Shown here: one piece after another, positions 36,634 through 49,900 of the stretch
How the letters are laid out: every line of letters starts with the position of its first letter
Numbering within the stretch: the first letter of the stretch is position 1
Assembly: GCA_964106915.2 (NCBI GenBank)
Contig: OZ066924.1
Direction: 5' to 3' (one strand)
Source of the DNA: Podarcis gaigeae
Lineage: Eukaryota
Length of the DNA stretch: 64,000 nt
Notes under the pieces: model-generated
What the model was told of the DNA's origin: nothing
Seen by the model: only the letters and a program-made list of their open reading frames with translations
Databases searched by the model: none
Made by a program: the position numbers and the translations under genes

Positions 36634-39628
36634 GTCAGTGGGAAAGATTGCTAAATGGACCAGGTAGCTGGATGAAAGGCTCATGCAGTGGCTATTGACA
36701 CTAGCCAATATGTATCTGTGACACTGCCGCTTTACCCCCAACAAAGATATGCTTGTTGGGGTCAAGAATAGTAATTTAAAAGCGACTTGGACTAGAATTC
36801 CAAGTGTTGTAAACAGTTATTCTCCCCACCCTCCACCATGACAAGAATGCCTGTTGGGGAGATCTCACCTCATTGTTTTGGTCCCAGTTGGTCACAATTT
36901 CTCCCTGTGGCAAAAGCCTAAGAAAAGCAATGGGAAGAAATCGCTTCCATGGGAGAAATGTAGAGCCCAGTTTGGAAAGTTAGTATTTGTGGATTTTGCA
37001 GTAGCTCAAAGCCGTCCCGAAAGTGCTTAGCACTGTAGAGAATTTGTCTTCGGTTTAGACTAGTGCATGCAACAGAGCAATAAAAGAGACTCACATTTGC
37101 TCTTGTTGTTATTTAGAGCCTAGCGAAATGGTGGCTTTCAGCTTGAAACAATCAATAAATCAACGATGAGATCACAAGCCACAAGGCATTCCCTTTGGAC
37201 ATGGGCTTCATTTTTGTTCCGACTATGTCAGGGAGTTCTTTGTCTTTGCCGTGGAATTGCTTTTATACCTTCTCATCAAGCCAAACTGTCCGATAAAGCA
37301 AACTCAATTCATGTCCTATAATGACAAGGTCGTGTACCACACAGAACAGCTTTTAAATTTGCTTTGAGGTGGGGGGGAAAAAGAGCTCATATCAAAATAA
37401 AGGTGTGTGGCCGGGTTGTGTGTGTGTGTGTGGGGAGAGACATTGAAGGATTTGGATGAGTCACACTTAGCTTCACCTGAGAATAGGAGTAGATAAAAAG
37501 ACGAGAGCTTTGATCCAAGGGCTTGTGAGTAGACTGTATTTTTACAAATGACTTCTTTACATTATTGAATACAATGGGAACTTTAAGGCCGTCTGCAATA
37601 ACACTTTCTCATAAAAAATTAACAAAGAATTTATGGAAATGTAGCGAAAGTCCCAAAGCAATTAGCTTAGATTTCTCTGGAGCCTGAGAAAAGCCTGGAT
37701 AATTGCAGGCAGAAACTACATAAAGTGGCTATTTTCATTATCACAGGATACAGAACGTCCATTTTCATCACAATGGGACATAATGATGTTAAAGGGAACA
37801 CAAAGATATATTTTAAAAGGTTGTGACACAGTTTACAAAATGGTTTGATTTAAGCGACTTTGGGGATCCATATTAGAGATTATTTTTCAAAAAGACTTCT
37901 CCCTGATATTGTCAAAGGCTGTTAAGATGCTGGAAGAGGGGGGTGGGGGTGGGGAGAGATGGGGAAGCAGCCCAAACTGGTGTTCAGAAAGCTAATGGTA
38001 CATTACATTACCAGTGGGATGCACAAGAATGAATTTAATTTGTCCTTGAATTTAAAGAGCTGACTTGCTGCACAAATTGTCACATTAATATACATTTGAG
38101 GAAGCCCTTTGTATATACTTACCGATGTGGTTATCATTTTAGTAATGCGCTCTGAATAACTGACTGTGGAACAAAGCCATTTTAGCATAAAGTGAAAGAG
38201 CTACAAGAAACATAAACCATGAAGACGTTTTCGGATCCGTCTCTGTATCCATGTTCAGTTGCTCTGATGTCTCCCGCTGTATGATCACTAAGTATTCTTC
38301 CCTAAGTATTCTTCCTGCACTGGTTTCCTTTATTTCTTTTTTTTATATAATGCATAACGCAAGCCAGAGGCATCCTTGCAATGTCGCACACAGTTTGTGC
38401 TACAACTCCATTCAAGGCCTGAATAAAGAGCTGTACAAAACCACCTTTATCTGTAGCATTGCACCATCAAAAAATATATTTCTGATATCCGGCTCCAGGG
38501 TAATCTGCTACTGAATTTCTAAAGGCGAAGACAGTCTTTGTGTTTTCTCAGTTGTCATAATGGAGTAGTCACCCATAGCATTAACCTGGGTTCACGACTG
38601 GCAGTGTAAACATATACCGGCAAATGAAACATTGGCTTAGTAAGAGAGTGAGTGCTGAGTATGGCTCAGCAACCTGACTTAAAAATATATATTTAATTTA
38701 TTTGCTTTAGATAGGCACATGCCAATCTACCTACTACCTCCTCACCTACCTATCTACATTTCTTCTACACTTTTACCGAAAGTATCTCCACCTGTAACCC
38801 TTGCGCCAAAGTTTGGGGAGAAGTGTAATGACGATGTTATGGGAGCTAGCCAATACATGCTCATGACAGCCTTAACACTATCAGCATCAACAGAAGAACT
38901 GGCTTTAACCTGGTTCAGCCTGAACATCTAATAAAAATTTGATGAAAGCCACCACCCCATAGCACGTTCAAGGATGAAGATTTTTGTGCGCGCCTTAAGA
39001 GAAGCGAAAACGCTGTCCTGCTGCTTCTGTCACAGTGCGCTATGCTCATATTCACTCGTGTTCACTTAAAAGAAACCCTAGTGTGTTTCCTAGAGGAAAA
39101 AAACCATAACAGCTCACTTATTTTCCTATCTGGAAAAAAAACAACCTCTTCGGCCTTAATACTCAGACTACATTCTATCAAATTAATCCTGTTCAAGGTA
39201 CACTGAACATTGTGTACATCCTCTGTGCAGCTTGAAAAGGGGCAGTGTTTAGGCTGTTGTTCTTCATCCTGGGTTAAATAGCATATATACATACAGTGCT
39301 CTCTGGGCAAGGGACTCACTGATTTCAGGATACATGACAGTAGATTCCTCATTACTTTGTACAATGGAAAAGGGCTATACCAGGATGGGGAATCTGTGAC
39401 CTGCTAGGTGTTAGTGGGCTTCAGCTACCATCAATCCCAGCCAGAATTGCCAATGGGAAGGGGAAACAGCAGCTTCTGTCCAACAATATCTTGAAGACCA
39501 CAAGTCCTCCATCCCCATTTGCGAGAATGATGAATAACTATGACATAAGTGCTCCTCTGCTATAAAACTATTAAGTATTCTGGAGCAATTACCGGTAGTG
39601 GTTGGAGAAACCCAGCCAGATGGGTGGG

Positions 39629-39669
<41 letters not shown>

Positions 39670-40133
39670 TGTCCACCAACTGGAATTGTGCTGAAAATTC
39701 AACATTCACTTTCCAAGTGACAATTTTTGAATTTTGCCTAGAAATCTCAAATCACAATTTGTGTTGATTGGTGTTAAGACTTTGAGGAAGACTAAGCATT
39801 AGCTTGTTGATTTCAGTACTTGTGCACTTTGGCCCTGATTTAGCAAAACTTAAATCCTGTTGCTTTCCATCAGATTGCATCTTGATCCTCTGCATGCTTA
39901 ACTCTGTTCACCACAGATAACTCTGTCTGAATTGGAGCCTGTCAGGAAGGCTGCTCCACCCTCCCTGCAGTGCAGGCCAGTCTGGGCACACATCATGTTT
40001 ATTTGTTCAGAAGTAGATTGCTGTCATTCCTCTCTGTACCCTCAGACTGAATGCCCAGGAGAACCTCATGAAGCTTTCTAAGTTTGGTGGCCCCTGTGGG
40101 GCCCTCATGCATTGCGTTCCCCTTGCCCAAACC

Positions 40134-40432
40134 AAGAAGAAGAAGAAGAAGAAGAAGAAGAAGAAGAAGAAGAAGAAGAAGGAGGAGGAGGAGGAGGGGA
40201 GTTTGGATTTGATATCCCGCTTTATCACTACGCCAAGGAGTCTCAAAGTGGCTAACATTCTCCTTTCCCTTCCTCCCCCAAAACAAACACTCTGTGAGGT
40301 GAGTGGGGCTGAGAGACTTCAAAGAATGTGACTAGCCCAAGGTCACCCAACAGCTGCATGTGGATGAGCAGCGATTTGAACCGGGTTCACCAGATTACGA
40401 ATCTACCACTCTTAACCACTACACCACACTGG
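40134..40432 (-). mobile_element. Squam2/Anolis SINE2-like element with (CTT)n tail
   Basis: Reverse head ccagtgtggtgtagtggttaagag...ggttcaaatc; second copy at 61066-61315. Confidence 0.8.
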
Positions 40433-42489
40433 TGGTTAAAGATCTTTAACCAAAAGTAGAAATAGCCAGAATATCTGAAATTGAACTGATGATTTTTCTA
40501 AGCACTTGGGGGTCAAAAGAAAGTAATTTAAAACAACTGTTGTTGAGACATTTCATTCTGAATTGGCTATACCAGGCATGTCTAACTCCCAAGAGACTGC
40601 AATCTACTCCTAGAATAAAACAACTGGGAGTGACCTACCCATTGAGTTATTGAGCTTTTTTTGGAGGGGGGGACCAGAGTTCTTGAGCTTTTTTGGGGTG
40701 GACAGAGTGGCTTAGTTTCATTTTTTGGGGGGGGAAATATAGCTCTATAGCTGCCTTTAAATTGCTAAACAACAGCTTACGCCAAACGATCAACAAACAG
40801 ATGCGACGGAGTGACAGAGCGAGAGGGTGGGGGCCAGAGACATTCATTCCCATTTTCTTAAAGTCACGCGAGTGGTCAGGAACCCACGATCAACCACAGG
40901 TCAGGAACCCGTCAATTACGGTGGACCGGTTGGACATCTCTGGGCTATACAGAGCCAGACAGAGGATGGTGACGGGGGTGACGGGGGGGGGGGTCCTGCC
41001 CCCACAACATAAATCCTGGCTATGCTCACGGTCTCATAGGCCACATTTGGTCCCTAGGCCTGAGGTTATCTATCGCTGATACCAGTATCCATATGAAACC
41101 ACCCAGACTGCGGGTATCAGCTGTACATGCACTGGGCGCCTCAGAGCAAAGCAATAAAGAAAATTTGACTGTCCGGAGAGGGAGGGGTGGGAAATGAACA
41201 GTGGTTCTCCTTGGCTAGGCAGATTTAGTACTCTTGACCTTGTTTTATGTGCTCAGGAAAAACACTGCTTTGAGATCACAGATGAAGAAGGGGTAACATA
41301 AGGGGTTCTTAAAGACACAAACCCAGGGTGGATAGGTATCCCTCCACAAGGGCCATGTTTCATTCTCAATTTCCTGTAGAAATTCAATTAAGGTAATATA
41401 AATTTGAATTTTGCAGACAACTTCATGATAGGATTTTGTGGATCATGATTGACAGAGCTGCAAATTCCATTAAGCCCCATCCCAATTTTAACAGCAAGTG
41501 CATGGATATTAAATATCCTCATTCTGAAACTTCTGGATGCTTTAGATACTCGGAATAAAGTTATTGCTCAAGGGCTGATTTAAAACTACATGCGACACAT
41601 TTTGATTTACGGATTATCAATCCAGCTGAGCAACAAAGCACGGAGTTGGAGAATCTCATACACTAATACATTCAGCTGTGCTGTGGATTACGCTAAAGTG
41701 ACACATTTATTTAAAAATCTGCCTACGACTTGTCCTCATTGATTAAATGCCCTTAAGAAAGTGAATCTGATTAAATAGAAGCCATTAAGATTCAGCACGT
41801 CTCCTCCACTGCTTTTGATGGTCGACACATTCCCTAGAGAGGGAGATTGGACAGCTGATAAGCGAACACTGAATTATAAGCACTTTGTGGAATGTCAGTG
41901 GCAAATGAAAGATCTACTGTTTTGCTTGCAAAGCAAGAGAATGCCTTAACAGTACAAAAATGGACATGGTGCAGGAATTATTTCATCTTCTGTGCCTGGA
42001 ATATAAATGCCTGTATATATCATGCATGTATTTTTATGGCAGAGATCAGCTCACAGAGCAGCATAGCTTGTTGTGAGGCGCAGTATCAATTGATCACGAA
42101 AATAGAAGCGTCTGTCTCGGACTTTCATGGCACTGTCAGAAACCCAAACAAACATGGTGTGATATCTCTATTGCATATATCGCCGGCTGGTTTTCAGAAG
42201 CATGAATTGGGTTAAGGAAAGGGTGACAAGAATGCTTGTTTGGTACCTTCTGTCACTGGTATTCAAACTCACAAAAGGAACTGTAGGTTAGAGGCTTGCA
42301 CAGTAGGTATTAGGTGAACATTTTGGGTGTAATCTATGGGAAGTTAAGCACAGGTGTGTCCTGTTGAAATTAACAGCACCTCAGCAAACTGTTAAGTGCT
42401 TTCGGATGCAGTCTTCTGTAAATGTCATTGAACTGAACTAGGCTTCCTTCCAAATGGATAGTACAACATTGGACTGCAGGTTTCAATTA

Positions 42490-42692
42490 CAGTGGTACCT
42501 TGGTTTACAACCATAATCCGTTCCGGAGGTCTGGTTGTCAACCAAAAGTAGGTTGTAGCCCAAGGCACACTTTCGCCAATGGGTTACAAATGGGTTGTAA
42601 TCCTTAAAAAAGGGACATGCACTTCCGGGTTTGACATGGTTGTAATCCAAAGCGGTTGCAATCCAAAGCGGTTGCAAACCAAGGTACCACTA
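42490..42692. mobile_element. Tc1/mariner MITE
   Basis: TA|CAGTGGTACCTTGGTTT...AAACCAAGGTACCACTA|TA. Confidence 0.82.
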
Positions 42693-43413
42693 TACACTTG
42701 TATACAGAAGATTCTACTCTGTTGTGGGCTATTGGTTGGGTTCAGTGTAACGTAAGTTCAAATTTCCAACTTTCACCAGTACCTGTTATAGTTTCATATA
42801 TACAGGTATGTTGCAAATTTGGATTAGACATTAGATAATTTTTAGGATGTATGCAGATATTTGGATCATATGGATCTATCTTTGAAGGATGAAAAATGAG
42901 GTCAACCTTATGTGTTATATGCCAGCCATTTTTATGTGGGATCCAGTATGGAAGTGCAAAGTGCAGATGGGAAATGTTTTTTTTCATTGTGCGTGCATTT
43001 GTGGTATCACTGGTCTTGAGTGACAAAAAATGTGGGTCACCAATGTGCATGGAATTATTTCTACATGGAAAGTGGTGCCCAATGTACAATGCCTCAGTGA
43101 ATTGGGACACTTGAAATAGCTTTTCATTATTCATGCATGTGAATGGTTTCATATCCGATATCTGTACGTGCAGCACAAAGCAACAGGAACAACCAAACTG
43201 CATGTGAAGGATCACCAGTGTGGTGTTCTTTACACAGATTTCCCATTAATTTCCTTATGAAAGCACCATCCTCATTAGAACAATGTGCAGTTACTCCAAG
43301 TAATCCTATTTCTCAGCCTAATAAAATACAATATCACTGCTGAACAGGGCAGTTATCTCTGTCACTAGATACACCTGCATGCACACATCCAGTGCTTTTG
43401 TGGGAAACCCAGC

Positions 43414-43542
43414 NNNNNNNNNNNNNNNNNNNNNNNNNNNNNNNNNNNNNNNNNNNNNNNNNNNNNNNNNNNNNNNNNNNNNNNNNNNNNNNNNNNNNNN
43501 NNNNNNNNNNNNNNNNNNNNNNNNNNNNNNNNNNNNNNNNNN
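43414..43542. other. N run (129 nt)
   Basis: Seen directly in the sequence. Confidence 1.
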
Positions 43543-44897
43543 GAGTCCAAATTCTCACCCCAATTTTCTGAATCTGAGGCGTTCCCTCTTTGGAATTCAG
43601 AAGGTTCCAAGGTCATCTGGTTAGAAGAGTTTCAAGTTTGAATAATAAACACAAAGTAACGGAGGGTATATAAAAGAAATGATTTTCTGGGCAGAGATAT
43701 TCCCTGCCAAGGAGGAGGTGGGAATGCCTCATTATTAAACCAAGCTTCGTTTCTGTGCATCAAAAACACAGAATGGAAGAAAAGCCCTACCCTGCTTCCC
43801 TTCAAAGGACTGTTCCTCAATTTCCATTAGTTACTATTTTAAGGTCTTTACTAGAAGAAAAGCAGGTTGGCGGCTGAGAAAGAGAGAGGAGGGAGGGAGC
43901 GAGGGGCTTTGTTTGGCAAAATTGTATTTTCTATCAATTCTAGTCTTATAAATGGCTAACATATGCAGATGAGGAAATGCTCTTAGAATAGCAAATAGTG
44001 TTTTAGTCAAGCACTCAAGAAGGCTGAAAATAAACAAATGATATTGTGAAGGAAAAAGCAGCCCTGGTGCAACCATCCACTATATATTTTGGGGAATGGT
44101 TTGTCTGTCCATCTGCTCTTTATGGATCTAGATGCCTTTTTTGTTTGTTTCTTGGAATTCACAGTCAGCACCAGGCACTTTCTGCTAGTGTAGCCTGTAG
44201 CTCTTAGTCACCCGTGGGCGATTGTTGGGGGTACCACTTTATTCTGCAGACAACACAGAGGACTGGGTCTTGAACGAGCTAATTCTGACAGAGGAAGATT
44301 TCCTCTAGTGGAGAAAGTGCCTTCCTGCAAAGTAACGCCCTCTGTTGGAGACCAGAAAAGCTGGACCCATCACCAGACCCAGAGGGGCCCCCGTCCCCAT
44401 GAACATGATAGGCTCTTAGGTGTAGGTAGCAGCAGCCGGCGTGCTCCAGGAGGCTGAGGTAGGCAAGGGGCCATAGCCCAGCTCACTAGCAGGCCAGGTG
44501 AGGCTTGCTAGCTCTGGATGGAGGTGTGTGATTCCTCAGCTGGAAGAGGCTTGGAGCAGGTAAAGATCACCTGCCTCATCAAGCCCAGATGCTCCCATGT
44601 TGATGAACCTCAGCTTGGACGCTCCAGGATCTCTGTGGAACTGTCCTTCGGTTTGGACTTTGGACACGTGGATTCACTTTGGATTGGGGACTTGTTGCCA
44701 GGTAGGGGTTCAGGACAAGCTTGTGTGCCAACTGATAACAGCATTTTCTATTAAGGTTTTCTGTTCATGGTTCTGCGCTGACAGGACTGCTTCTGTCAGA
44801 ATGCTGCTCACTGCGTTTCAGTAACACTTAAACTGCTGTCTCTGGTATACTACTTCTGTTGCCACCACCAGATAAGCCTTTCAAAGCCCACCACTCA

Positions 44898-45265
44898 GGG
44901 AGCGGGTGGCGCTGGGGTCGAAACCCCTGAGCCTCTTGGGCTTGTTGATCAGAAGGTTGGCGGTTCGAATCTGCATGACGGGGTGAGCTCCCGTTCCTGG
45001 AATTCTGTCCCAGTTCCTGCCAACCTAGCTGTTCAAAAGCATACCAACGCCAGTAGATAAGCAGAGGGAAGGTAAACAGTGTTTGTGTGTGCTCTGGCAC
45101 TTGTCACAGTGTTCTGTTGTGTCAAAGCCGTTTGGTCACGCTGGCCACATGACCCGGAAAGCTGTCTGCGGACCAACACCGGCTCCCTCAGCCTGAAGAG
45201 AGATGAGTGCCGCAACCCATAGTCCCCTTTGACTGGACTAAACTGTCCAGGGGTCCTTTACCTTT
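44898..45265 (+). mobile_element. Sauria SINE
   Basis: Typical head and tail; CAAAGCCCACCA duplicated at the flanks. Confidence 0.88.
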
Positions 45266-46154
45266 CCCCTACAAAGCCCACCAACAGACAAAGGGGTGTA
45301 TCAGAGGGCACCTTGTCCAAGGCCCTCAAACTTCAAAGCTATCCTGCCCTTGCCGAAGATTGCTAATGCCAAACTTGAGTTTGGTGGGATAGTGCCCCAT
45401 TTGTCTTAAAGTACCAGCCTCCACTGCTGTCTCGTATGGGCAGGAAAAATAGAGGGAAGATTGAACCAAAATGCGCAGATTATATATTTTTTATAAATGC
45501 AAGTCAGAATTCTGAGAAAATACTAACTTTCATAGCTTTTTGCTATTTGCTATAGGAAAGAAATATACTTAGAACTTGGAAACAAATAACTATAGTCAAT
45601 AGAGGAGAGAGTCAAGGATATGACCTCTTCTTCAGCAATCAATATCAGGTTGCTGCTATGTATATTTCATCCTCCCTTTTCCTGGATATTGGGGTGCCTG
45701 TATATTTATTGCAGCTGCTCATCACTCTGCTATTCTACCCTGTGTATCAACAGAGACACTGCAAATATATAGCTTGGATTACATCAGTGGTGGAATAGTA
45801 CAGCAACGAAATAGAAGGCAATGGAAATATCAGCCATAACATTTTCCATTTTCCTTCACCCACAGATACTGACCAAAGCCTGACATTTTCTTGTTTCAGT
45901 CATGGATCCTATCTATTAACAGCACCCTTAATTGCTTTACAATAGAGTTCTTGTCTATTGATTTTGTGATCAATAGATAGACAAATGGGTGGGTAGACAA
46001 GTGTTGAAGAGGTATGACATTTGCACGGACAAGTGCAGAATCAGGGAATGTGCCAAAATACAGAGGACAAGGCCAAGACACTACCAATATAATGGAAGAG
46101 CACAGTGATCTCCGCTACCATACATGTGTCAGACCATTGATCCATCTAAGACAG

Positions 46155-46418
46155 TGTTATGTGCTGAAGTTCTCACCCTGGGCCAGCAGGGGGATACTGT
46201 AGATAGTTTTCACTCAGGTCCACATATGCAAATAAGGAAATGAAAGTGAGGTTCAGTGATTGGATAGTTACCGAAAGTTGTTACTGTTGCATTGTAGTGG
46301 AGCTCTATATAAGCAGGCTGGCTGAACCCTTCAGTTCAGTTCAGTTCTGGCTAGTGAATAAACAAGAGCTGTCTGAAGAATCACTGTGTCGTCTGATATG
46401 TTTACCCACAACTTAACA
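46155..46418 (+). mobile_element. Solo LTR (264 bp)
   Basis: TGTTA...TAACA termini, perfect 5-bp TSD GACAG, TATA box at 46306 and AATAAA at 46357. Confidence 0.88.
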
Positions 46419-46604
46419 GACAGTACAGATTTCTTATGCAGATCTCTTTGTTAGGTAGAGATGCCAGGAACAGATATTGGTACCTTCTCAATGGAAAGCA
46501 TAAGTTAGTGCCAGACTGAGAGATGGTTTCTCTCTAAATGGGCTGGGAAACATGACCAGGTCTTTCAATCCATTGGTATAGCTGTTCATACCTATGCACT
46601 CCAT

Positions 46605-46962
46605 ACCTTACTGTATGCTTGTGAAACATGGACCGCTTATAAACACCATCTCCAACTCCTTAAAAGATTCCATCAACGGTGTCTCCGAAAAATTGTACAA
46701 ATCACTTGGGAAGACAGGCGAACTAATGCCAGTGTACAGGAAGAAGCGAAGATCACCAGAGTCGAAGCAATGATTCTCCAACATCAACTTCGTTGGACTG
46801 GTCATGTTGTTCGGATGCCTGATTATTGTCTTCCAAAGCAACTACTCTATTCCAAACTCAAAAATGAAAAGCGTAATGCTGGTGGTCAACAAAAGAGGTT
46901 CAAAGACTCTCTCAAGGCAAATCTCAAAAAATGTGGTATAAACACCGATAACTAGGAAACAC
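46605..46962 (+). mobile_element. RTE-clade LINE ORF fragment (non-BovB)
   Basis: Translation LLYACETWTAYKHHLQLLKRFHQRCLRKI...QLRWTGHVVRMPDYCLPKQLLYSKLKNEKRNAGGQQKRFKDSLKANLK. Confidence 0.88.
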
Positions 46963-49900
46963 TTTTTGTGGCAGGTGGTAGGAAAGGAGTTCGTGTCACT
47001 AGTGGCTCCTCTACACAGCTATTGACATTCTGTGTATGGGCAATGGATGGCATGTGCTTTATGGATTTGCAGGGAGCTTAAGGAAGAGTGAGACGAAAGC
47101 AAGATAAAATTTTACACTTCCTTGCCTGAATTGTCTTACATCATGGAGCAGTTACTTGACATTATAGTCTGGTTGACACTGAATAAATTGCTTGACACTG
47201 CATGTTGCAGTGGTGCAACGTGGCAATTTCTGCAGTGATGACTGATGCAGATCCTTGTGTAAACATGTCTGTGACGGATCTGCTACAACATCCTTTCCAA
47301 CTGTTACATAGAATATATTACTGGGGGTGAGAAGGACCACTAGTCCTAAAATAACATTCTTGCGATTGGGCCATTAAACATTTCTAACTGTCCTCAGGAA
47401 CATGGATGAAGCTGGAGCAACTTTGGCAGCAGTTTCCATAAATGTGGGAGCTCATATTTCAGCAACACAAAACATAGGATACATTTTTGATAGTATTCAC
47501 AGAGAGCCTGGGTCAACATGATGCCCTGCATGTGAATGTGTTTCCAGGAACACATGGATATGTTGAAAGTCAACATGCTGACTGGGGCTGATGGCGGTGC
47601 TGTATTTATACAAGGGTTGGGGCTGGGTAGCTGGGGGTTTTTTGCCCCAGGTGAAGCTGCCAGAGGGGTACCATTTGGGTTCCCACCTTTGTGTGTACAT
47701 ATACACAAATGTGTGTGTGTGTGTGCCAAACCGGGTCTTTGACTCAGGTGAAATAAAGCCTAATTTCTCCCCTGGCTGATGGGCAATGGAATCCAAAGAA
47801 ATCTGGAGGGCCACAGGTTTAGGGATACAGACTGTGGCATGCTTCATTTATTACAAAAAATAAAAAATAAAAAATAAATATGGAGGCAATAAGAACTGTA
47901 TCATCATGCAACATCCTGTGTAATTTGTGACCCAGCTCTGTTCGCTGGCATTTTGTTTTCTTGGATGATATTCAGTTGTATCATGAATCACATCCCTCAC
48001 TCTGCAAAGGACAGCTCTTACCTAACTGAACAGAGGAGGGTGAGGAATTATGCATTTCCAGCTGGTATGTTAATTGCTAGCTGCTTATTCGACATTACAG
48101 ATATGAAGAAAACCCATCACTTGTTCTGTCTGAGACACTTTTCAATTAGAACACTTATGAGAAACTTTAGGTCTGAATGTTCCATTTTTTATGAGAAACT
48201 GGATATTATCATATTAAAATCATTACTGAGTCAGAGCTTGAGTATTTGTTCTGAAGACTGTCAATACACTTAATGGCAGTAGTCTTGGAAACGGCACATC
48301 TGCCACAGGATTAATTACTCGCATAAAACATTATCATTTCCCCACATCTCCTATGAGGTTGAAAGGCTGCTATAATGATTAATGGACCTGTATGACATAC
48401 AGAAGAATAAACATAAATGTTACCCAGTGGAAAGAAAGATTTGTTCCTAATTCTGATTGGAATAAACAGAACAACTTTAGTCGAGCAACATCCAAAGCCT
48501 AAAAAGAGAATTATGCAGAATCATGAGAAAAATACATTCCAACGAATGCTCAGCCCAAATGCTATTTTAGGCTCAATTTGCATATGCGTAAATGCTGGTG
48601 CTGTGGTTGCCTTTTGAAAGGCAACCAAGGGGAGGCAACTCCATGTGGGACGTCAGTTGCGTGCAGGGCTGGATTTAGATGAAGAGAGGCCCTAGGCTAC
48701 ACCACTTGTGAGGCCTCTCCCCATCCCCCTGTTGGAATGCAGCCAAGGAATCGAGGGCAACTGGCAGGCCCCCACCTGGCTCCAACCCACCGGCCGGTGT
48801 GCCAGGTGATCTCCAGTCCTTGGTGCAGCATCAGCGACTCGAGCTTCAGAAGCTGGAGCATGCTACTCAGCAAACGCTATGCAACAGAAGTGGCAGGAGA
48901 CGGCTGTGTGAGCATATTTACAAGCAGTTTACTCAGCGTACAGCAGGACACAAGGAAAACATGTCCGATCCCTTTCGTGTCCAAAAGCAAGCAGTTAAAA
49001 GTGAAAGCTATACACAAACGGAAGCTCCCAGCAAGCCAGAGGCCTGGGCAGGCCAGGTCGTCCTCTTATATACCTGCTGGGATTGACAAGGCATCTAACC
49101 CTCACCTGAACTTCATAGCTCTCCTGTAGCTGCATCTGATTAGTTATCATTTAACTCTTGGGGGGGAAAGAGGTGACAAAACTGGTTTCCAATAAGTGCC
49201 CCCCTTTATTTCCATAGCACGTCCTTGAGTATGTACTCTGAATAGTGACACCAGGGACCTAGAAGGTGCAAGGCTTGTCAGCCCAACCCCTGCACAGTCT
49301 AATTAGGGCTGACCTTAAGGCAATTGAAGCAATTTGGCCAAATTGGGCACCGCATGCTGCTCCTAAGGCTCCCACACACACACACCAGGGCAATCTAGAT
49401 GGATTTTATTTATATCTATAAGATTTTGCAGACTTTGGCTGTGAATTGGGGCCCTACAAAAAAAAACCAAGCTGTGCCCCACTGCTTCAAATTGGGCCCC
49501 CACTGGCTATCCCTGAGTCTCATGGTTGCTGGGTCTGAATTGCCCTGCCCTTGCATGAAGTCTTGGGTTTATAATTTTGGGAGAGGGGAGACTGCCTGCT
49601 GGGGAGCGGGTTGCTGGCAAGGCCCCCTAGATTTAGAGGCCCTAGGCTTCAGCCTACTTAGCCTATACATAAATTCGGCACTGGTTGTGAAACACACAAC
49701 CAGAATGATTTTTGGTTGTGAATATTCGTAAAGTGCAGGGATAGCCAACACAGTGCCCTCCAGATGCTATGGACTGCAACTCCCATCAGCTCCAGCAAAC
49801 ACAGCCAATGAGCAAGGCTCATGGGAGATGTGGATGGTGCATTTTTTAGATAAGTTCATGGAGTTTGTGCTAGACATGGAACCATTGCTGGCTTACATGA

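Noticed and set aside
39999-40331. Poly-Leu, poly-Phe and poly-Lys ORFs
   Set aside because: Translations of the (AAG)n tail of a SINE.
44189-44826. Possible Gypsy-like solo LTR (similar case at about 48730-49250)
   Set aside because: LTR-like composition and TG...CA candidates, but I could not find a matching TSD, so the boundaries are unsupported.
45560-45640. Penelope-type hammerhead (CUGAAGA on the minus strand)
   Set aside because: No GAAA after a plausible stem II.
48604-48627. Perfect 11-bp hairpin TGGTTGCCTTT-TG-AAAGGCAACCA
   Set aside because: Isolated and too short for a pre-miRNA, with no supporting context.
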